NCBI GenBank assembly: GCA_017399305.1
Contig: JAFQDK010000041.1
Location: 9,504-73,503 of the forward strand
From: Clostridia bacterium
GTDB lineage: Bacteria > Bacillota > Clostridia > Oscillospirales > CAG-272
DNA: 64,000 nt
Reading direction: 5' to 3'
A program made the position numbers and the translations under genes. The notes beneath the pieces are model-generated. The model worked only from the letters and a program-made list of their open reading frames with translations. It was not told the origin of the DNA and did not search any database. Below, one piece after another: positions 36,083 through 42,909 of the stretch (position 1 is the stretch's first letter; each line of letters opens with the position of its first letter).

Positions 36083-36418
36083 TTAGTCTACAAGCTTACC
36101 AAGTCCGACATCTTCACCAAGAACATGTCGGATAATAAGCAATACATCGGCAATATTAACTTTTCCGTCAGAGTTTGTGTCTATGCTGTCACGAAGCGAG
36201 CTTGTTTTTGTGCCTGCAACATACTTAATACTTGTCATAGCATCAAGCAAATTCACCTTACCGTCTCCGTTAGAGTCGCCTGCAATATGCTGTCCTATCG
36301 GAAACACAACCTCGTCAGACGAAAACTGTACATAGTTTTCCCCTTCATAAGCCATAGCAAAAACAGAGAAAGTGCAAAGCATTACAGCGCATAAAAGAAG
36401 CGAAACCGTTCTTTTCAT
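36083..36418 (-). CDS. Dockerin-only small secreted protein
   Basis: 111 aa. Signal peptide ('FSVFAMA'), then about 25 aa, then one dockerin with two Ca-binding loops: 'DSNGDGKVNLLD' and 'DTNSDGKVNIAD'. Confidence 0.75.
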   Translation of the reverse strand: MKRTVSLLLCAVMLCTFSVFAMAYEGENYVQFSSDEVVFPIGQHIAGDSNGDGKVNLLDAMTSIKYVAGTKTSSLRDSIDTNSDGKVNIADVLLIIRHVLGEDVGLGKLVD

Positions 36419-36432
36419 GTTTTTCTCCTTAT

Positions 36433-39039
36433 TTATTTAAGATTTATCTTAAGCCATGTAGAAGTATCGCTAAGGGTTGTGCCGTTGATGCGGTCATCAA
36501 CGCCTGTTGCAACATCGGTAAATCCGGGATTTACACGAATGTAGTCGCCTGTGAGACCAAGTGCCGCGCGGTCAAAGCAAAGCTCATATACTCTGCCACC
36601 TGCCGCATTCTTTGTACCACCGGTAACGCCGGCAGGAAGTGTGTAGTCGCCATAAGAAATCTCGGCTTTTACACTGCCTGTGGAAGTAGCAACAAGAACA
36701 TAGTTTGTGTCTTCCTTATTGTTGGACTTATCTGTACGGTCAATAGCAACATAGATATAGTCATCATCATATGCAAAGCGGTATGTCGCCTGAACGTCAG
36801 CAGTAAGACTTCCTACAAAGAGTGCATCGGTAATGTTTTTCCATTCCTGAAGATTGCCGTCTGCAACCATGTTCTTCTTTGTCGCATTGATAGTATGATT
36901 AAGTCTTACCTTACCGATAACTGTAGTGTTATGAAGAACATCACTTGTAGTACCGTCTTCATTTTCTACTGTTTCAGGAGCTGCACCCTGATATTTCTTA
37001 TATGACATAGCGAGGATGGCAGTATGAGAATCGACCGGTGCAGATGCACTCCAGAAGCCGCTGTCTGTTTCGCTTGTCGTATAGAAAGGATTAAGTTCAT
37101 ATGCAGTTGCAATATCGCTGCCTGTCTTGTTGAGCAGGCGTGCATACATCATATTGGAACCTACTCTGTTTGCGTTATATGTAAGGAGAAGCTCGCCGGA
37201 ATCAAATTTCATAAGAGTAGGCGCTGCGCCCTTGAAATTATCTTCCTTGACGTCCGAGGGACCTGCTTCGTCTATACCGAGTTCTTTCCATACTCCATTT
37301 GCACCCGAATAAGCCGCACTTATCATATGGTAACTACGCGAGGTTGTTCTTGTCTCAGCAACAACCATAAGTTTTCCGTTTGAGAGTTCTACTACACCGG
37401 GCATCTGACCGTGATAGAAATTAACTTTGTTCCCGTTCTCAAGAGTAAACTGACCTGCATTATACTGATAAATACGCTTGCCGGCATAGTTGTTTGTACC
37501 CTCTGCATCGGTCTTGGGGGTCCATGTATAACCGCCGTCAGTGGAAGATATCATTGCAACGCCGCTTGAACGCATTGTCTCATCAAACCCGTACAAGTGG
37601 ATCATCGGCGCAGAATGAGACCAGTAGATCTCAATATTTCCGTTTGAACGCTGAATTATTTCAGGCTCCCAGCTGTGTCCATAGTAAACAGGTGTGGGTT
37701 GGCCCCATTTGACGGTAGTTCCACTCACGGTTCCTCTGACGACCTCAAGAGTGTGAAGTCCGGTATACTCGTTCGAACCGTAGCCCTTTACTGCACGGCG
37801 GGAATATACGCAAAGTATAGTACCGTCATTAAGTACGCAATGGTCAGCAGTTGCCGCAAAGAATTGGTCGGAGGTACCTGCAAGAGAACCGGTAGTATAT
37901 GTATTTGCATTGACCGCCGAACTTGATGCATATAATAGCTTAGGATCCGCCCATGTTTTACCGTCTGTACTTGTTGTATAATATAAGTGCTGACCTGTCT
38001 GATTATAGTTGAAGGTCATGAGGTAAAGGTTGTCCTTAACCTTTGTAATACGGGGATAAAATGCATCCTGATATCTGTAATGGTCGTTTTCGTCAAGCGT
38101 TGTAAGAGTGGTTCTGTCAAGCTCAACATATGCATTGTCATTATCCGCGCTTCCGGCCACAGAAGACAGGTTGAATGAAGCGATAGTAGACTTTGTAGTA
38201 TAGTTAGTACCTGTATATGTGGAAATCAGATTACTTGCCGCTGCCTTTTCATTTTCGGTAGCGTTTTCGTCAGCTACAACAAGGTTTGCAATCTCATAAA
38301 GGCTTGCCGCATATGCATTGTTGGCAGAGCCGGTTTCGGTATAGTAAACAGTATGCTCATTGCCGTTTGCATCCGCATATGTAACATATGGGCGCGCCGC
38401 TATCTTATCAGCGACAGCCGCAGTTTCAATACCGATAACAGTTGCAGTATAGGTGATGCTTGCATCATCCTCAGAATATACGTATACACCGGGAACGCAC
38501 ATACCGTCTGTTACTGTTGTACCGTCAAGCTTTGTAAGTTTTCCCTCGGTTTCAACATCAATGGCAAGCACCATGCCGTAACCGATGCCAGTCTTATACT
38601 CATTCATAGGATTGAACGTGCCGCCCTTGCCCTTGCAATTAAGCGCATTCAGTTTTTCAATCACACTTATAAGCGCCTTATCGATCTTGGCAAGAAAACG
38701 CACGCCATATGGCTCATCGGTACGCATCTGCACTCCTATGAGCTGAAGATCATCAGCATCAAGTGCAACGACCGCACCGTATACCGTTCCGTCGTATCCG
38801 TTGGATGCAGCTTTTGCAATATCAAGTGACTTTGCAGCAGCTTCACTTGTGAACCAGCCGCAGAAAAGCCCGTCCTCACTCACGGTGAGCGACGAAAGCT
38901 TTGTTGAAGCCGAAGATGTCGCAGTAACAACCGTGATGTCACCCATATTATTAACAGGGAGGTCGGTTGCAAAAGCTGTAATCGATGTCATAAGCATAAA
39001 AATGACAAGCAAAAACGACACTATTCTTATGTTTTTCAT
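36433..39039 (-). CDS. Secreted unknown N-terminal module + Asp-box (sialidase-fold) propeller + CBM9-like module
   Basis: Signal peptide. 'STDGKTW', 'SSTDGGYTW'. 'DGNLQEWKNITDALFVGS...YRFAYDDDYIYVAIDR'. First gene of the operon. Confidence 0.7.
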   Translation of the reverse strand: MKNIRIVSFLLVIFMLMTSITAFATDLPVNNMGDITVVTATSSASTKLSSLTVSEDGLFCGWFTSEAAAKSLDIAKAASNGYDGTVYGAVVALDADDLQLIGVQMRTDEPYGVRFLAKIDKALISVIEKLNALNCKGKGGTFNPMNEYKTGIGYGMVLAIDVETEGKLTKLDGTTVTDGMCVPGVYVYSEDDASITYTATVIGIETAAVADKIAARPYVTYADANGNEHTVYYTETGSANNAYAASLYEIANLVVADENATENEKAAASNLISTYTGTNYTTKSTIASFNLSSVAGSADNDNAYVELDRTTLTTLDENDHYRYQDAFYPRITKVKDNLYLMTFNYNQTGQHLYYTTSTDGKTWADPKLLYASSSAVNANTYTTGSLAGTSDQFFAATADHCVLNDGTILCVYSRRAVKGYGSNEYTGLHTLEVVRGTVSGTTVKWGQPTPVYYGHSWEPEIIQRSNGNIEIYWSHSAPMIHLYGFDETMRSSGVAMISSTDGGYTWTPKTDAEGTNNYAGKRIYQYNAGQFTLENGNKVNFYHGQMPGVVELSNGKLMVVAETRTTSRSYHMISAAYSGANGVWKELGIDEAGPSDVKEDNFKGAAPTLMKFDSGELLLTYNANRVGSNMMYARLLNKTGSDIATAYELNPFYTTSETDSGFWSASAPVDSHTAILAMSYKKYQGAAPETVENEDGTTSDVLHNTTVIGKVRLNHTINATKKNMVADGNLQEWKNITDALFVGSLTADVQATYRFAYDDDYIYVAIDRTDKSNNKEDTNYVLVATSTGSVKAEISYGDYTLPAGVTGGTKNAAGGRVYELCFDRAALGLTGDYIRVNPGFTDVATGVDDRINGTTLSDTSTWLKINLK

Positions 39040-39171
39040 AAATACCTCGTAAGCCTAATTATTCATCTTATATTATTATACCATAACTTCATACATCTGT
39101 GGTGTAGAAATTCGGTGCAAAAAACTGTGCAAAATGAAACAATGATGCTTATTCCACCGCTTTTTTGCACA

Positions 39172-39204
39172 AACAAATAAGGACCGCGCATACCGCGGTC
39201 CTTT
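39172..39204 (-). terminator. Terminator of the carboxypeptidase gene
   Basis: Minus strand: AAGGACCGCG-gtatg-CGCGGTCCTT followed by ATTTGTTTG. Confidence 0.7.
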
Positions 39205-39314
39205 ACCTGTTTTCTTGTGCACCTTGGCAAAAATGCGGATAACTTACAAAACAAGAATACAACAAAATCGCCTAAACTGCAATATTAAATTTCACGCATG
39301 AATATACGCCTAAT

Positions 39315-40406
39315 TTAAGACTCGACAACATACTCTCTGTAAATGTCGAACGCATCATAGACAGCTGCATGGTCGCCGTCCTCAGCGCTGTATCCATTAG
39401 CGGTAACGAGAATGTACCGTTTGCCGTCTTCAGTCTCCGCCACAGACGCAAGGCAACGACGCGCCTCGGTAGTATAGCCTGTCTTTCCGGCAAATATATC
39501 AATTCCGTCAACCTCATCGCCGCGCATATAACTGAACATCGTGCTGGTAAGCAAAAGTCCGTCAGGATGTTGCGGTGTAGGTGTCGTAGTATACTGATAC
39601 TCAGACATTATCTCAGCGATAATTGGATTCTTCATAGCATACTCGGTGATTTTTGCCATCTCATGCGGTGTAGTATAATGGTTGGGATCGTGAAGTCCGC
39701 TTGCGTTTACAAAATGAGTGTTGGTAAGCCCCATGGCTTTTGCCTTGTCGTTCATCATTTCAACAAACGCTTCTTCTGTGCCGGCAACCTCGATTGCAAT
39801 AGCGGTTGCAGCATCGGCTCCGGACGGTAAATGTATACCGTAGAGGATGTCTATGAGCGGCACGGTTTCGCTTGAAAGAAAGCCTGCAATGCTTGCGCCC
39901 GCCTCATATGCCGGATCAGTTATTGTATAATCAAATGTAAACGTATCGTTAAGATCTTCGATATTTTCAATTGCCACAATAAGGGTCATAACCTTTGTCA
40001 TTGATGCAGGATATATAATAGCCTCGCCATTCTTGTGCGCCACAACTTCATTGTTGGTGACATCAAGTAAAAATGCATATTCGCTATTGATTTGCTCGGT
40101 TATCTCCTTGGTATTCGCCGTATAGCGTGCAATAGAATCTATCTCAATAGGTCTGACCATTGTTTCGTCATCTGCCGTCTGTTTTCGCTTTTCCTCAAGT
40201 TCGGCTGAAAGAAGCGCAACCTCCTGTGCCTTTGCATCTGCGCGATGCTTGAGTATGGAAACAAGACTAAACAGAACGATCAAAGAAAGCGCAAGAATAA
40301 CGGCAACAACCGCTACCATAACTTGCGAAGTTTTTTGAGAAGTGCTACCGATCGGTACACGGTGTCCACCGGTCGGCGGGGTATGTCTTTGCGGATTTTG
40401 CTGCAT
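39315..40406 (-). CDS. D-alanyl-D-alanine carboxypeptidase (S11, PBP5-like), membrane-anchored
   Basis: N-terminal TM helix. 'ASMTKVMT' (SxxK), 'SGAD', and later 'KTGYT' (KTG). Confidence 0.85.
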   Translation of the reverse strand: MQQNPQRHTPPTGGHRVPIGSTSQKTSQVMVAVVAVILALSLIVLFSLVSILKHRADAKAQEVALLSAELEEKRKQTADDETMVRPIEIDSIARYTANTKEITEQINSEYAFLLDVTNNEVVAHKNGEAIIYPASMTKVMTLIVAIENIEDLNDTFTFDYTITDPAYEAGASIAGFLSSETVPLIDILYGIHLPSGADAATAIAIEVAGTEEAFVEMMNDKAKAMGLTNTHFVNASGLHDPNHYTTPHEMAKITEYAMKNPIIAEIMSEYQYTTTPTPQHPDGLLLTSTMFSYMRGDEVDGIDIFAGKTGYTTEARRCLASVAETEDGKRYILVTANGYSAEDGDHAAVYDAFDIYREYVVES

Positions 40407-40501
40407 ACCGTGCCTTTCCTTTCTGAAAATATAAATTTATTCTATCACAGTTTGCCCTTTTTTTCAATACCCGATGCAAAATTATCAATGCTAAAAAAGA
40501 C

Positions 40502-40530
40502 TTGCATTTGACAAAATGCTATAGTATAAT
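40502..40530 (+). promoter_or_regulatory. Sigma-A promoter of yajC
   Basis: TTGCAT (40502-40507), a 17-nt spacer, then TATAAT (40525-40530). Confidence 0.5.
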
Positions 40531-40560
40531 AATAACGATACTTTTTACACGGAGGCAAAG

Positions 40561-40923
40561 ATGTTTAATTTCTTTTTAGAGGGTGCAACAAATACCACTG
40601 CACCGCAGAACGCTAACTTATTCTCCGGCTTCGGTGGAATAATCATGCTCGTTTTGATGTTTGTAGTTATGTACTTCCTTATGATCCGTCCCCAGAAGAA
40701 GCAGGAACAGGAAGCACAGAAAATGCGCGACAGCCTCGCAGTTGGTGATGAGATTACCACCATCGGCGGAATCATCGGCGAAATTGTTTCAATCAAAGAA
40801 GAAACCGTTACAATTGAAACAAGCAAAGCAGGCACAAAAATTCGTTTTCTCAAGAGCGCTATCAGAAGCGTTGATGTAAGCGCTGAAGACAAGAAAAAGG
40901 CTGCTGAAGGCGGACAAAACTGA
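40561..40923 (+). CDS. yajC: Preprotein translocase subunit YajC
   Basis: 'MYFLMIRPQKKQEQE...LAVGDEITTIGGIIGEIVSI'. Confidence 0.9.
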   Translation: MFNFFLEGATNTTAPQNANLFSGFGGIIMLVLMFVVMYFLMIRPQKKQEQEAQKMRDSLAVGDEITTIGGIIGEIVSIKEETVTIETSKAGTKIRFLKSAIRSVDVSAEDKKKAAEGGQN

Positions 40924-40926
40924 TTT

Positions 40927-40952
40927 AAAAAAGCGGCACTGCCGCTTTTTTA
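40927..40952 (+). terminator. Intrinsic terminator
   Basis: AAAAAAGCGGC-act-GCCGCTTTTTT. Confidence 0.75.
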
Positions 40953-41036
40953 TTTAGCACGAGGAATTTTGCTTGTTTTTTCGACTAAAATAATGAAGCG
41001 TTACCAAAAGTTGACGTGGCGAAACGGAGGTACAAT

Positions 41037-42386
41037 ATGAAAACTTGCAAACTCAAAAGCACAGCTTTAATAGCTTTGATGTTGGTAGTAGCACTGATCG
41101 GTACTGTAACCACAACGCCGAACGCACAAACAACAATCAATGCCAATGCACTTGCCGTTGCCGAATATCCCGAAATGGCAAAATATCCCGAGCACGAAAT
41201 GCAGATAGGGTTCGATAATAGATACGATGAATGGTGGGCTGATCAGAAAAAGCAACGCTCTTTCTACGGTGCTGGAGAGGGGCTTGACGGCTTCTTTACA
41301 AAAACCTTTGCTGAGTTTCTTTCAGACAGTGAAAACAAAAACGCTGTTTATTCGCCGCTTAATGTTTACATGGCACTTGCCATGCTCGCCGAAACAACAG
41401 AGGGTGAAAGCCGTGCGCAAATACTTGACTTGCTCGATGCGGACAATATCGAAGCACTGCGTAAGCAGGCCAATTTCATTTGGAATGCAAACTACTCGGA
41501 TGACGGTGCTGTGACAAGTATTCTCGCAAGCTCGTTGTGGTTAAACAAGGACATAACATTCAAGCAGTCCACGCTTAAACTGCTCGCTGATAAGTATTAT
41601 GCTTCATCTTACAGCGGAGAAATGGGTTCTGCAGAGTTGAACAGTTCTATAAAAGATTGGATGAACGAGCAAACAGGCGGTCTTCTCAAAGATTACATAT
41701 CGGGAATCGAACTGTCTCCGGAAACTATCATGGCGCTTGTAACCACGATATATTTTCAGGCGAAGTGGGAGAACGAATTCTCCGAGAGAAAAACAGTTGA
41801 CGATATATTCCATACCGCAAACGGAGATATAACCTGTAAGTTTATGAATACCACAGAAACTTACGGTAACTATTATTGGAGCGACACTTTCTCTGCAACC
41901 AGACTTTCTCTGCAAAACAGCGGTAATATGTGGTTTATACTACCCGATGCCAATATAAGCATTGACGAACTGCTGAAAAATGAAGCGGCACTTTCCCTTA
42001 TGTGCCAGGATACAAGCAATATAAACCGCAAGTCGCTTAAAGTAAACATTTCACTTCCAAAGTTTGATGTAAGTTCCAAGATGGATCTCACCAAGGGATT
42101 GAACAAGCTGGGAATCACAAATTGCTTTAGCGCAAGCAGTGCAGACTTCTCTCCCCTGCTTGAAACCGAACAACCAATCTGGCTTGACAAGGTTGAACAC
42201 GGCGCACGAGTCGTCATAGACGAAGAAGGCGTAACCGCGGCAGCATATACGGAAATGGTGATGTGCGGCGCCGCGATGCCTCCCGAAGAGGAGGTAGACT
42301 TTGTTCTTGACCGTCCTTTCATTTTCGTAATCACCGGCAGCGACGGATTACCTTTGTTTGCAGGGGTAGTAAACAATCCGGCATAA
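41037..42386 (+). CDS. Serpin-family protease inhibitor, exported
   Basis: Hydrophobic N-terminus. The serpin hinge and reactive-centre loop 'IDEEGVTAAAYTEMVMCGAAMPPEEEVDFVLDRPFIFVI'. The ATG at 41037 has a GGAGG RBS. Confidence 0.85.
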   Translation: MKTCKLKSTALIALMLVVALIGTVTTTPNAQTTINANALAVAEYPEMAKYPEHEMQIGFDNRYDEWWADQKKQRSFYGAGEGLDGFFTKTFAEFLSDSENKNAVYSPLNVYMALAMLAETTEGESRAQILDLLDADNIEALRKQANFIWNANYSDDGAVTSILASSLWLNKDITFKQSTLKLLADKYYASSYSGEMGSAELNSSIKDWMNEQTGGLLKDYISGIELSPETIMALVTTIYFQAKWENEFSERKTVDDIFHTANGDITCKFMNTTETYGNYYWSDTFSATRLSLQNSGNMWFILPDANISIDELLKNEAALSLMCQDTSNINRKSLKVNISLPKFDVSSKMDLTKGLNKLGITNCFSASSADFSPLLETEQPIWLDKVEHGARVVIDEEGVTAAAYTEMVMCGAAMPPEEEVDFVLDRPFIFVITGSDGLPLFAGVVNNPA

Positions 42387-42427
42387 AAGCAATTCTTATT
42401 CATCCAAAAAATATAGGAGATAATACA

Positions 42428-42862
42428 ATGAAATCAAGTAATATAGAAAAACAGCAGATAATCAATGCGGCACTTAATGAGTACGGGGTTATAACCGAAG
42501 AACTATCCTATCAGGAATGCGTTGAAAAGCTAAGAAGTTATTTAAAAATTGAAGATAAAGAAACTTTGACGAAGAAATTTGGTGAGTATGCTATCGCTGC
42601 AGAAAACTACGAGTGCATAACAGAAGATGAAATTGAAGAAGGAAGAAAAGTTTTATCTTTGCTAAACAAAGGAAAACTGTTTTCAAAATCAAATATATAC
42701 GTCAGAACATTTGTAACCGTAAAGCTCGGAAACAAATCTATGTTTTCACTTGTCAGTCCAAACCAAATCTTATGGGAATTATCAGGTGTTTCAAGAGATA
42801 TGGCTGAGGACATTGCAAAACAAATATCTGAAAAACTCGGTATTGCACTTAAAATATATTAA
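42428..42862 (+). CDS. Hypothetical acidic cytoplasmic protein (144 aa)
   Basis: AGGAG RBS, located 41 nt after the serpin stop with no intervening hairpin. No motif recognised. Confidence 0.5.
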   Translation: MKSSNIEKQQIINAALNEYGVITEELSYQECVEKLRSYLKIEDKETLTKKFGEYAIAAENYECITEDEIEEGRKVLSLLNKGKLFSKSNIYVRTFVTVKLGNKSMFSLVSPNQILWELSGVSRDMAEDIAKQISEKLGIALKIY

Positions 42863-42867
42863 TTATA

Positions 42868-42902
42868 AAATCCCCCTTGTTCTATCTGAACAAGGGGGAT
42901 TT
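42868..42902. terminator. Bidirectional terminator
   Basis: AAATCCCCCTTGTT-ctatctg-AACAAGGGGGATTT. Confidence 0.8.
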
Positions 42903-42909
42903 GTTAGTC

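Noticed and set aside
33549-39039. DNA-level similarity between the two Asp-box paralogs, considered as a mobile element or CRISPR-like repeat array.
   Set aside because: The similarity is collinear coding-sequence paralogy (gene duplication). There are no short regular repeat/spacer units and no terminal inverted repeats.
30929-39039. Calling the three Asp-box proteins bona fide GH33 sialidases.
   Set aside because: The Asp boxes support the fold only. The FRIP motif is absent (YPRI instead), and I cannot verify the arginine triad or the nucleophile without an alignment or model.
39063-39254. A 63-aa minus-strand ORF in the spacer upstream of the Asp-box operon.
   Set aside because: It runs straight through the carboxypeptidase terminator hairpin and the promoter region, and has no RBS.
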